Assembly (NCBI GenBank): GCA_024704765.1
Contig: JAKMXF010000315.1
Coordinates: forward strand, 214,687 to 278,686
Direction: 5' to 3'
Source: Oopsacas minuta
Taxonomy: Eukaryota; Animalia; Porifera
Length of the DNA: 64,000 nt
The notes under the pieces were generated by a model. That model saw only the letters and a list, made by a program, of their open reading frames with translations, did no database searches and had not been told where the DNA came from. A program made the position numbers and the translations under genes. Of the stretch, positions 27,584-40,304 are shown piece after piece; positions within the stretch are counted from its first letter, which is position 1; each line of letters begins with the position of its first letter.

Positions 27584-27961
27584 TTGATATATTACATGTC
27601 TGCCACAATTATTACACATAATCAAATGGTATATTATCACTAATATTTGCTCTAAACAATACAAAATATTTATTCTGGGGTAATACAGACCCTGTAGATT
27701 TTCACATTATTATCAGATTTACAATTGTATATTTAGTGTTGCTCAGGTACTTTCTTTCAGTTATTGTATTTTTATATAATATTCTTATCTCAAAGACATC
27801 ATTATATGAGTTTTTTGTTAGTTAGCTATTATGATATGGAATGAAATCATTTTATCCCGTTGGTGTTTTTATTTTTACTATATTCTTTAATATTGACTGT
27901 AAATACTATACAATATATTTGTTCTTTCTAATGGTTCACACGTGTCTTCTTTTATGTTCAG

Positions 27962-28249
27962 GTTGGTACAGCTTATCAAGACGATAATATCGCTACTGGA
28001 ATTGGTAGTTACCTTGTGAAGCCATTATTGAGAAAGGCCCTATACAATCAAGACGGTAGAATTATTGTTGATATGGATCGTGGAAAGCAATTAATTTCTG
28101 AATGTATGAAGGTCTTATTTTACCGTGACTGCCGTGCGTATCCAAATTATCTTACTGCTTCAATTTCTCTGAATGGTGCTGAGTTAAACGAGTCAGCACA
28201 GGATTTTGGAAATTGGTCTATCGCTGATTATGTTCATGGTTATGATTAG
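27962..28249 (+). CDS. PSMB4: Proteasome subunit beta type-4, terminal exon
   Basis: Acceptor ttcAG at 27960-61. Phase-0 continuation VGTAYQDDNIATGIGSYLVKPLLRK...ECMKVLFYRDCRAY...GNWSIADYVHGYD* matches the PSMB4 C-terminus. Confidence 0.93.
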   Translation, partial: VGTAYQDDNIATGIGSYLVKPLLRKALYNQDGRIIVDMDRGKQLISECMKVLFYRDCRAYPNYLTASISLNGAELNESAQDFGNWSIADYVHGYD

Positions 28250-28512
28250 ACATATTTTCGCATTGTATCTAATTTCTTTATCCTGATGTATTTAGTAAAA
28301 TATTTTCTATGTTTCGTTTCTTGATTGAGGGAAATGAACTCCTAACCTAGCAAGGATACTTTCATTGGTATTTTTTCACAATGGACTACTAACATATTCC
28401 ATCAATTTAAGTAACCAAATATTTCAGCGTCACAATGGTGCCAATATTTTCCATAGTATTATTCTTATGCAAGCTCCTTGTACCTTGTATGTATATTTTT
28501 GACGCTATATAT

Positions 28513-30978
28513 TGGTGGTCTTCAAACATTTTTCTCAGCGTACCTCCTAGCTATTTTTAACTTTACGCGTATCCCCAAGTCCCCAACATCTGATTTTTAC
28601 ATATAGTATTATATATTCTTAAGTAATATTCGAGTGAATAATATAGAATGATGATAATTCCTATTCAATTACTCCTGAATAGATATCTACTCTAAAGTCT
28701 AAAGGTATTCCTGAACCTAATAGGATGAATGGTGCTAATACAGCTCTAAAATTTGACTAATTCTGAGCCTAATTTTGGTCAATGCTAGTATCAGAGATGG
28801 TCCTGGATCCAGGCGATTTCTGAGTTTTGTTTTAATTGTAGTGATTGCAGAGAAACCTTGTTCGCATAAGTATGTTGAGTGAAATGAAGTAACTGAGTAG
28901 TTGAACATTACTGATATTTTTGTATTCAAGGCTAGCAAATGTCCAAAACTGACACAAAGCATGTTATGTAAAACAGTTCTCATGGGAGCTGTCAACAGAC
29001 AATTCAAGCAAATTATCTTTTAGTTTATTACTAAGATTCGCTTCAGAAATTGACTGAGTCGCAAAGGATTATTACTCTAAGTATTCGTTAAATCTTTTAG
29101 AGCAATTTCAGGAATATACTTCAGAAAAGTATTTGCAAGTATTGTTAAGTGATTGCTAATTATTATCATCACTCTTCCTGTGAGAACTACTTCATTTTCA
29201 ATGATAAGATTACTGAGCGATTCAAAAGTGGCGATATCTCCTTTTTCAACTTGAGTAATCCAAAACAATACTTTCTTGTAAAAGCCTTTCACTTTGTCAT
29301 GTGCCTGAAAAATGTTAACATCAAATCCTTGTCCCTGAAGATTTAGCTCTTTAATTTTACTGAATACGTCTGCAAGATAGGATAATTGAAAAACCCATTC
29401 TTCGTCCAAAAAATGAACTTTCAAATCAGATTTCATATCTGAAAGAAAAGTACATACTTCATGTCTCATTTCAAAAAGTCTTGTCAAGACTCGCCCTCTC
29501 GATAACCACCTGACCTCAGTATGCAACAATAATTGCGTGTGGTTTCCCCCCATTTCTTCACACATGATTTTAAATAGACGTGAATTCAATGCTCTTGATT
29601 TGATATAAATGACAATTTTAACAGCATCATCCAGTACCATGTGTAATTTTGGCTCATTTTCTTAGTTGCCAAAGCTTGTTTGTGAATCGCGCAATGTTGC
29701 CATTTTAAGTTTGGATTTACTGACTTAAGGCGAGCAATAAGACCATTTGTGTGTCCTGTCATGAGGTAGCGCCATCTGAAGATGTACTGGTACACCATTA
29801 CCATTTGAAATCACATTCAGCTCTTATGTGACCATCGAGTACTTCAAATATTTTCTTCTCCAGTGGTTTTTCCGAGTTAACTTTTAGATGCCAATATTTG
29901 ATCATTAATACCTTCATCACAGCAGCACACATACATCAGTAATTGAGCCTGGTTTGAGATATCAGTCGATTCATCAAGTTGTAGTGCAAAACGTTTATCT
30001 TGTTTAATCTTCTCTATAACTTGTTGTGAGACATCACACACCATTTCTTCAATTCTGCGAGCCATCGTTGTACAGAAAATGGTATTGACTTGATAGCATA
30101 GACAGCTGCAGCACCTAGCATGTTTTCAGCTATTATCACAGCACCTGGAATTATTAGATTTTCTGCGATTGAATAGTCCTTCTTAGCTCTAGCTGTCCAA
30201 AATGCTAATTCATATGATGTTTTTGTGATATCTTATTAGACTGTGAAAAATTACTTATAATGCTTCTTGACTTAATAATTTCACTAGCCTTTCATTTGAA
30301 ATTTTCTATAGTTTATTTTGTAGTTCCTTGTGTTTTGTGACAAAATGGCTCCGTAAAAGAGATGGCTTCATATTATTTTTTGACACAGTTTGGTTGCAAA
30401 TAATGCAAAGTGGTAATGCAGGATCACTGTTGGTAGAAACAAACCCAAATCTATTATATGATCCATTGCATTGTCTTCTTTTTGTTTTTACTTCTGTTTT
30501 AGTTCTTTTAGTTACTCTCATTACCCCAGGAGATTCCGAATATGACCTTTCACTACTTGACTCAACTTGTAAAACCGCACCCTCTTTAGAATCACATCCC
30601 ATATCTATCTGAAATTCATTCATGCTAATAAAACAAATTATAAGAAAAACACAATTGTAGGAGGTGGCACTTATCTACGTAAACTCGGCAAATAGATAGA
30701 ATATAGACTCGAATCTGTTAAGTACAGGAAAAAGTAAAAGATTGGTCAGTAAAATACATATTTTGCAACAAGTTTAGCTTCAGGAATCAGGAATGTAAAC
30801 GAAGGGAATAACAATACTTACCTAACGTACTTTTATTCAGAAACAATTATGGTTGAATAAAATCTTTTTACTGGATGCTGAAATATCACATATATACTTT
30901 ACCGACTCGTCTCAAGTCTCAAAGAGAGCTGGTGTACCCCCATGAGAAGCCTCGCATATCACAGTTTAAAGATCACTG
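28513..30978 (-). mobile_element. hAT (Buster/ZBED5-like) transposon, degenerate
   Basis: Perfect 8-bp TSD CTATATAT (28505-12, 30979-86). TIR tggtggtcttcaaac / inverted cagtgatctttaaac. BED finger remnant (LCIICNQTVSKNNMKPSLLRSHF), LQLDESTD, QHCAIH, HTEVRWLSRG and STYLCEQGFS. Confidence 0.9.
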
Positions 30979-33199
30979 CTATATATTATATACCGCCTTT
31001 AAGATTTGAAATTATTTGGGTAATCGATGTGATTACTTAACGAAATAAGGGCGCATCTACTGTTTTTGTGCAATTTTCTACCCACAAGAAGTGAACTTTA
31101 CCATAATTTCTTCATCCATCCACGGATTCCAAAGTTGTGCAAATGGAATGCATAATTGCTAAAGTTTCAAAGACTTTCTTGTACAAATGAAATCTTAATT
31201 TTTGTCCCCTATGTTCGGAAAAGAGATCAGCAATTCATATATAGAAAATATACCGTTTCAGCTACTAAACATTTTCTGCTTCGAGAGTACAGTTCTTAAT
31301 CTTCATGTTTACCCAATTTTTCTCTGTACAGCGATTTGATATCAATAATTTATTCATAATAACTAGACTAACAATATTGAATCATTTTTACCAATGAAAA
31401 TTTAACTCAAATGTGAAGTTTCTGATCACTTATTACGCCAAAGAGTGCTAAAAACAGATGTAAATAATCTGAAAATGATCTTTCCTATATGTTCAAGGTC
31501 GTACAGTAACACCATACTTAAGTTTTGACTAATTTGTATTAGCGTACATCGTTGTCTCCATTAAACGATTATGATTATTTCAGTATTTAAATCTAGTTTT
31601 TCATGGTCGCATGACCAGATATGTCTTATTTACATACTACTAATCCTGATTTATCTAGGGTCTAGTAGAGATTTGGTTGTAGCATGGGTATAGTTCTGCT
31701 TCAAGATGTCATAGAATGCGTTACGCTATATACTTAGAAAGTAAGAAAATATAATTTAAATAATTATGCATGTGCTTATCACTGCGACCCATGCAAAACA
31801 TTTGGATATCCAACAGTGTGGTCATTATTGAGGGAATTATACACGGTAGAATAGCCAATGGAACCTGTGGCGAGTGAGCAACATTAATAATCTTAGTATA
31901 GTTAATGTTAATCGCATCCGTGTTGTATTGTCATGGTTGTGATAATATTAAATTCCTATTTCTAAAACAAACCATTTAACAATGATCCTGAATAAATATA
32001 TAATCGTTTAATTGGGATAGAAATCCCAATAAGCGCATATTATTCATAGTCGATTAATCGGGATAAGAGATCCTGAATAACCTATTATGAACTGTCAAAT
32101 ATTCGGTTAATCGGGATAAAATTTCCCGATTAACCGATTCAATGTCCCAATTATCGAAAGATTTTTCTATGTAATAATCTGTTCTCAAACCATTGGTCAG
32201 TTCAAGCTGATATCCCGATTATCCGAGTTCAGATTAAGCAGCTTCCATTGTATTCAAAAATTCTGACCAGATGTTGCTCGGTTAAATCTTGTTAATCGGG
32301 TCACTAGAACAGAATCAGAACCTTACAAATAGCGTGAATTACTCCAGCTATTCTAGCCTACACCTATATTCCTCTTAATCTGGTCAAAATTTCCCTGTCC
32401 CGATGTGACCTAATTAAGTTGAGTCTACTGTATCATACTTCGATCCATTCCCTTCTGTCTGGGATCTCGACACTTCATATTATATTATTTTGTCCTGTGT
32501 TTACCAGATTATTGGAACACCCGAGGAGTATATCCTGGTATTTCTGACCACTAGCACATTCCTAGCATTGGCTCTGCTTGGATGGTGCTTTTTGGACGGT
32601 AACGCATTCCTCCTATACAAAGTTGAGGCTCATGTTCTGCACATTTCTTCTTCATGTCCACTGAACTAGCATTTTAAAGTTGTTCCCAAGTACATTTTTG
32701 GTCATGTATGGCACGTCTGGTCAAGTTTGTTCAAATTTGTCATTGAGCTTCAACTTGACCAAACTCCGCAGCTCACATACAAATCTCTGTGACCATAGTG
32801 TGCTCAAGCTTGAGTATATTACCACAGGTTCAGAAACCCCGAGCTAGAGAAATCCCTGGACTGCCCTGCTTCTAACTTAATTACGTATCTTTCCATCCAC
32901 ATGAACACATCACTGTATCAAAATGATGAACTGTAAGCTATTATCATATCGAAACAACTATCATTGAAGTTTGACTGTTGTAAACCAAAGAATATTACGA
33001 TTATGCCATTCTAGAAAGGAACAAGTCCATTCTATTCAGAATTTCAGGACTTTCCCACTACCCTTTCACAAGAGCCATAATACCCTGTGTTAATTCACCT
33101 CCCAGGTTGGCGAGCACTGCTTGAATTTCATTGATAATTGTTTTCCAACTATAAAGCAATTATTTTTCATGAGATAAACATTTGTTTGAGCTATCAAGG

Positions 33200-33800
33200 T
33201 GGTCAAGAAAATACTCTACTGCTTCACTCTAAGACGAAAACATTTACCAAGCATTAGATATTTAGAAATACAACGAAGTCACCTTGTGCAATGTCATGTT
33301 GGATGGCTAAGCATCTGAATGGGTTTGTCGGCAAGGATGTCCAGGTTGCGCCTGCTGTGTCACCGCTTATCCTATCGTCATGAAAAATTATACCTCGAAG
33401 TCCTAAATTTGTACGTTGTTCACAGAGGTTCTTGACTATTGAGCAGTTGATGTTCTATGTTCCTTCGAGTCGAGAATACTGTCACTACATCAACAATTGT
33501 GGTAACCATATGTTTATGGGTGCACATCCACGAGCCACATTTGTTGAAAGCATCCCAACCGAGAAACAAAATACTTTAGATTGTATTTTTCTCAGGATCT
33601 TAAGAATATAACCATGTCTCATACCTGTAACTATCTGGGAAACTCTACTGTATTTCCAATATCAAAGTTCCATAGTATAGATTTATTAATCAACCTTAGC
33701 CAGCTTTTGAGATTCGGTCAAGATATGTGGCATGATCAACCGACTGCTCAACTTATGAAGACTAAGCTCTTCATGTAAGAATTGCAAACTGTATATACTG
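33200..33800 (-). pseudogene. Highly degenerate mariner-like transposase fragment
   Basis: Minus-strand translation GLRGIIFHDD...DIAQGDFVVF resembles GLRGI.LLHDNA...DLAPCDFWLF of other mariners in this window. Confidence 0.35.
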
Positions 33801-33899
33801 AAACCCCTAGGGTGTTTGGATAATCATAAAGTAATCGTCGGTCTTCCACCAATAACCTTCATACAAGCTCCGTATTGTCCCTTGTTGTCGCACTTTACG

Positions 33900-34761
33900 G
33901 TCTACCAGTTCTTGAGACATTTCTCTAAGAGATTCCCGTTTTAGTGAAAATTGACGATATCAATTAGTAAAATTAATGTGAAAAATGCTGAAGTCAAACG
34001 TTAATGACATTCACGGTGAGTTAGACTAATCTTGAAATAATAGAATATCATAGCGCGAGAATGTTCTCGATTTAGATCCATGGTATAATTCGAATTGTTC
34101 TGAGAATTTGTTTACTAACATATAAAGATACGACGAGCCACTATCCAAAGAAAGAAATAAGGTTTCGGTCGTAAAAAGTGAGGCGCCTCCTCTCAATCCT
34201 AAGCCGGACGTCAGAGATTCGTAAGTCCTGTAGTCAATTTTCTTTGATACACGTGGCCCAGTTGCCCAGATTACAGTTCTAAAAGCGAAACAATTACCGG
34301 GGACTTTATGCAAATAGTTGTCTCTCAGAAGTAGAAAAACATTATTAGGAGTGGAGGCCAATGTCTGGACTACGGTGCATGCGATTATTCTACTATAATG
34401 CACGGCCATATAAAAGTAAGCTCATAAGCCAGAGTTGGATAGAATGAGAGTTGTTGAGCTAGATCACCCACCTTATTCACCTGACCTCGCTCCTTGTGAT
34501 TTCTGGCTCTTTGTAAAGTTGAGAAAGGACCTTGCAGGCAGCCATTTTGGCCAGAATCGACCTAGGGAACGCAATTGGGAGATTCCAAAAAGACATCCCG
34601 CCAGGGGACTAGAAAAATTTTTGTTTTTAATTGCCAGAACGTCTACAACGAGTTACAGACGTTGATGGTGATAATTTCCAGAAAATATAACAATTGTACA
34701 TGTGTATTCTGTATAGTTACAAAAATATGGGGTAGGGTCGGGAACCTTTGAACGCCAATTG
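33900..34761 (+). mobile_element. mariner (DD34D-type) 3' portion, degenerate
   Basis: Frameshifted IFFDTRGPVAQITV, GLR..RL..NARP and ELDHPPYSPDLAPCDFWLF. Right end gaacctttgaacgccaattg|ta. The left boundary is approximate. Confidence 0.75.
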
Positions 34762-34883
34762 TATTATACTTCCATGGCTATATTTTATAAAAAGCTTTTA
34801 TACTCTGGATTGATTTCTTGGAATTTAGAGTTGTCAACCCAGTTGTTAAAGCCTACTTTTCAATATCTGGAACCAGACCATTT

Positions 34884-35145
34884 CCGTATTTTCCTGAATA
34901 AGCGCTTGGGCTTGTATATGCTTTGTGGGCAAGAAAAGGGCTCCAAGACTGAATGAAAATCTATCCCCACAATATAGAAGAATTCTTTATGAAATACACT
35001 CCCCATTTGACTATGCAACAAATTCAGACAAAAGTTTCCCAATAGTCCTTTGTATGCATATTCAAAAATTCAAATATACTGAATTCTATAGAATATCACG
35101 AAAAGAATAATGAACGCCCGGCCGCTTATTCATGAAAATCAGGTA
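34884..35145. mobile_element. pogo/Tigger-like MITE
   Basis: Ends ccgtattttcctgaataagcg and inverted cctgattttcatgaataagcg. Same CCGTATTT-type terminus as the 63227 MITE. Confidence 0.55.
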
Positions 35146-35985
35146 TTAATTATTGCAGCATTTGGAGTATACCAAGTTTGGCATTGTTGTTAAGTTTCAC
35201 AGATATACAGTTAGACTCACTCACTCGCCTATTTACACATAGTCTCACTTTGATTTTCAACTTCTGGATTAACACCATCAAACGAAAAATACGAAGTCGC
35301 AAAAGAGTAGCGAAAGAGTGAAGGTTTTTTTCGGCCGCTTTTAAATATTGTTCAGCTAAATATCGAATGTTACGTTGATAATAGTGCGCTGATTCCAGGT
35401 AGAAGATTGAGAAATGTTTGTAGATATGAACTCTGAGAATATATCCACTGTTCAAGTATATATTATGTATCACAAAATGGCCAACGTCTAATCATATGAT
35501 CTGGCCAACAGGATCTAGAAGAATTTTGGGGATTTACAGACCCCACGAAGGTCCTATCTGTAGCCAACGCTGTAAATAATAATAACAATAATTTATAATA
35601 GTTTGCCTAGTGATCCAATGAATCTGGCTGCGTCTCTTTCCACTGCGATTTATTCTGTGATTTCCTCTCTACCTCATCCCAATTTATTTCTGCAGATAGC
35701 AGATGTGTGAGCTCTTAACATTTTTATTTTCTCTACCTAGAACATGCACTAGCCAGTTCCATAATTATCTTTTACCTACTGTAGGAGACTCAAGTTGAAG
35801 CCACCTTTCACTTTGTCCAGTTACAGACTTTCCAATTCTTGCAAGGTACTTTAATTCGAAAGATTTCATTTTTTCTTCAGTCCCAGCGCTAGGATTCACA
35901 CCCATAAGATATAATTGCGCCTATGCGACAAAAAATTGACGTTTATGGAATTTATACGATAGTCGATGATTACACACCACAATCT

Positions 35986-37557
35986 CTAATTCTCCAAATT
36001 CACTATAACCTCTACTAATTCTGTATTTCTGTTCTTCACTTTTTCCTCACAGTTTATTGATAAATGAGCCCAGATATTCGGTGGGTGTAAGTATCTGATC
36101 CCAAAACTTACCTTCATGGTGCTCGGCTTGCATAGTCGCACTCTTGTCCCTTCTAGATGTTGGTTTATCCAACAGAGAGCCTCGGGTAAGTACTCCATGT
36201 TATACTTAATTATTCCATGGTAATGAGCCTAAGCAGTGTACGAGTGAATGTCTCCATCTTGTCTTACAATACGTAGTCTCTGTCTGGTACGTAGGACTGG
36301 ATCAGGAATATGTCTTCATCATTAGATCGACTTTCAATCATCCATGTGCCCTAAGTACGTATCCTTGTCATCTCCCGGATCATTATCTCATAATACTTCC
36401 AGACGTATACCTTTGCACGCAGGTTTGTCGGGTGGGTTGCTTGCCTTCTTTGGGAAGGGTAGAGCAGACCATGGACATCAGAAACTTGGGTTCAGTGCAT
36501 CAATATCAATATTGAGTTGGCTTCGAGACTAATGGTTTGGGATCAATGAGCAGCTGTAAGCTTTTTGATGCACTGATTTCGGGTCCCCTGACGAGGCTGT
36601 GGTCTCCAAGAGGGCTGTAGAGTTTCCATGTCCTTACTATTATTTTCCATCAACCATAATAGGTCATCTGCGTATCCGATCTTGGAGAAGTTTCTCCCGG
36701 TATAACAAGCTTACTCCCATGTTTTCGTTATCTCTCTGTTAGACTATCTCCTGATATACTCGATCTAAGCATATTAGGAATAGGAACGATGAGATTACGT
36801 CTCCTTGTATTACACCCCTTCCAATTCTGAATACATTACTTTATTTGCCCCTATTTAACTCTACTAACACAGTTGACGTATCGTATATCTTTCGATGAGC
36901 TTAACTAAGTTGTTGTGGACACTCCACATATGTAAATCTTCTACTAGATATATGTAGTTAACCTTGTCAAATGCTACCTTTAGTCTATGAGGGTGAAACA
37001 TGCTGTGTCAAAAAGTGATACTATGTCATGTATGATTGCTCTATAGTTGTGTAGATTATCACGTTTTTCTGCGAGAGGGTCTGAATCCGCACTAAATATC
37101 TGATATACAGATACTATTCATGATTTGTAGGAGAAGTATGCATGAGGGTTTTTGAGATTAAGCATAGTCCGAGTGCCATGTTTTTGGGTATCATCTCTTG
37201 GCTAATGATGTCAGACAGTAAAATTCTCAAAGAAATTACAACGGTGGAGCTTACCTTGTATACTTCAGCTGGTATTCCTTATTTCCCAACTGTATGTCCG
37301 TTTTACATTCTGTTGATTGCCACAGCCAATTCGGCTTCTGGTACTGCTCCATACAGTGTTTATGGTATGTCTACATTTTGCAACTGTATGGCGACGGATG
37401 AACGAAGCCTATCTGATTCCTTGAATCTCTCTGAGAGGTGGCTTTGCAATACAGTGATTCTCTGCTCTTCAGCCACTATGGGTAAATTATTTGTGGTTTT
37501 GATAACTTTGCTCCACAGGTGAGCCAAAAGTTCTGCAATAAATTGCAATTGATACAT
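35986..37557 (-). pseudogene. Non-LTR retrotransposon (LINE) reverse transcriptase remnant
   Basis: Minus-strand motifs LID.KVAFDKVN, RGVIQGDVISSFLF and KIGYADDL in RT order, with many stops and frameshifts. Boundaries are approximate. Confidence 0.8.
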
Positions 37558-37763
37558 ACTCCAAAGTTTTTTGCTATACCTTTACAGATTTCGTTGTATT
37601 TGGAGGAACTAACTATATCAAAATTTCAAATCCTTGTTCCTAAATTATGAGATCTAATTCATTTCAAATATCTTATCTTTGGCTTTGATTCACATTTTCA
37701 ATCATTCAGGGAATTTTCCCCATGCTCGCGCTACTTCTTCCTTTCCTAAATCATTCCACAAAC

Positions 37764-39700
37764 CAGTGGTTCCCAAATTTATATACTTAGTGACCCACTT
37801 TTAGTTCATCCAAAACCTCGCGACCATACAAAGTTAACTAGGATTATATAATAAATCATGATCAATTCAGTAGTATTATGATATGATATTACTAATAAAT
37901 GTTTTCTAATGCGAAGGATGTAATTGTTTCTGCTTAACTAACTCTTGTATTTCAGGCTCTGTGGTAGAGAGTGCGCAAAGTAGATCATCTTCCACTTTTA
38001 ATCTATTCCTAGTGCTACTTTTTAGCTGTAGTAGAATGGAAAAACTTGATTCACAGAGGTAAGTTGTCGCAACTGAAATAAGTTTTTGCAGCACAATTCT
38101 TGTCAACGTGGGATATGAATCTTTCATTAAGCTCCAAAAAGTATTCAATTCCTCTCTTTCAAAGACTTCCTTTGCAGATCCATCATTGATAAGTTCTATT
38201 AATTCATCCTAAGCCCGATCATTCTTATCAGGTATTGTTTGAGGAGAAACAATGAATGGATTTCTGAATAAAGTAAATTCGATGTCACCACATTCAGGAA
38301 AATAATGGAAAATTCAGATTCTATAGCTGCAAGGTGTTCAATGATAATACCTCTGGTGTCCTCGTCTAGCCTGATATCTTTCTCCTTGAAAGGTTCAGAT
38401 AACCCTCGAACATACATGTGTTTCTATTTCAATTTTTCTTTTCCAATTCTTAAGTTTCATTTGAAAAGTATTCAGTTTTCCATTAAAATCAAAAATGTAT
38501 TTATTTTGCCTTGAAGAGAGAGACTTAAACTGTTGATGCGATCAAAAATATCGACAAGGTAAGCAAGATGCACTTCGCTCCTCTCATCTGAGATTATTAC
38601 CAAAAATTCATGTTTTGCATTTTGGTCAAGGAATACCTTTATCTCCGGAAGCATTATTTGGACTCGTTTAAGAACATTTCCCTTTGAAAGCCAACGTACT
38701 TGAGTGTAGTAAAAGAGTAGAGTTTGGTGACTAGCGGTCATGTCCTCTCATAGTTCTCTGAAAAGCCGCGTGTTAAGTGCACTGGATTTGATAAAGTTCT
38801 ATCTTTATTATTATAGACATCATTTCTAAGAGCTGTGGCAGCATAATTTTACAAGCTAGCGCTTGTCTATGGATCACGCAGTGTACTCCTGTGACTTCTG
38901 GTGATTTATCTTTGACAAGCTTTTGAAAACCTGAACGCGAACCAAGCATAGCTGGTACTCCATCACTTCAAACGCCACACTAATCCTTCCACTCGAGTTA
39001 ATTATCTTGGAAATAATTGTCAATCAATTCAAAGACATCCTGTGATCTAGTTGTGGTTTCAAATTCACGACAGAACAAAAACTCCTCCTTAAATTTATTA
39101 TTGTGAACATCGGCAGTATACCATTAATTGTGAGCATGATGAAACATCTGTAGACTCATCAAGTTGCAGTGAAAACAACTTAATAGGAGAAACGAACAAT
39201 TGTTTCACAATCAGTTTCAGCATATTATCCGACTTATCAGAAATTCTTCGCTCGACGGTGTTATTAGAAAGAGGGATGCATGATAACTTTTGGCGAATTC
39301 ATTTCTAAAAATAAGTTGAACCATGTCCTTGCACAAGGGAGTATGGTCCTCTCCAATTGTGTGAGGTTTCTGCTTTCTTGCTATTCTTAAAATACAAGGT
39401 ATGAAGCTTCAATACACATGAACGATTGTTGTTGATAAGTGCCTGTTGTATCAAGTCTTGATCGCTTCAACACAGTTTCCATCCTTTTGAAAATGAAGGA
39501 TCTTTAGATGAATGTTCAGGATGACGAGTTTCGAGATGTCTTTTTAATTTACTCGGTTTCATTGATTCAGCTGAGAGAGTCTCATTGCATACGACACATC
39601 GGGGGGTTTTGAATTCCTGAATTTTGAATATAGGTAAATCCATAGTTGATATAATCTTCTGCGTACTTCCGCTTTTGGAGCCGTTGCCATGATCGTTGAT
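37764..39700 (-). mobile_element. hAT (Buster/ZBED5/SCAND3-like) transposon, one end missing
   Basis: 3' TIR CAGTGGTTCCCAAA at 37764. Remnants: BED finger (CVVCNETLSAESMKPSKLKRH), YTQVRWLSKGNVL, ATTYLCESSFS. No matching second TIR found. Confidence 0.8.
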
Positions 39701-39939
39701 TTTGATTTTAGAAAATTTCTATTAGATAATTATTGGGTAAATGTATTTAATAACATTAATCTACTAATGACATTGTAATAAGTATACACTATGCATATTG
39801 TTCAGTATAGTTGTTATAATTTCATCATAAGTATGTTTACAACATTCAAAATAAAATTTTGAAGTAACACCATAATACTATATGTTTTCAGACACTAAAG
39901 TAACCATAAACAGACTTGGTCAAACGAAACAAAGATAAT

Positions 39940-40250
39940 TGACAACGTGCTAAATTAGATCCCTCAATTGTTTATGAATTCGAGCCAATGACGACCCCCA
40001 GTTTTGGAAACAGTGCCATAAACGAACAATTGCCATTTTCAAAGCCTGAACAGATTTATGTGCGTGATTGTTCACTATTGCTTCCATTCTACCCCACAAA
40101 TAGTAGTCACAAGGGGTTGAGGTCTGGGCTAGGAGGGGGGCCATTCATCCTTGTTGAAAAAATCAGTAATGTTCCTGGAAGCCAGTCCTGATTAATCTTA
40201 GCAGTATGAGCTGGGGATTCGTCCTGTTGAAATAATCAATTTTCTCCCTT
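39940..40250 (-). pseudogene. Tc1/maT-type transposase 3' fragment
   Basis: Frameshifted KDEWPP..PDLNPCDYYLWGRMEA motif. Confidence 0.65.
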
Positions 40251-40304
40251 CCTGAAGGTAGGCCTATTGGTTTTATATCGGTGCCCTTGGGTGGTGGTCT
40301 ATAT

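Noticed and set aside
31000-31300. Possible piggyBac-like remnant (minus-strand DEEIMVKF...KQ*MRP)
   Set aside because: A single weak motif, with no TTAA-flanked ends found.
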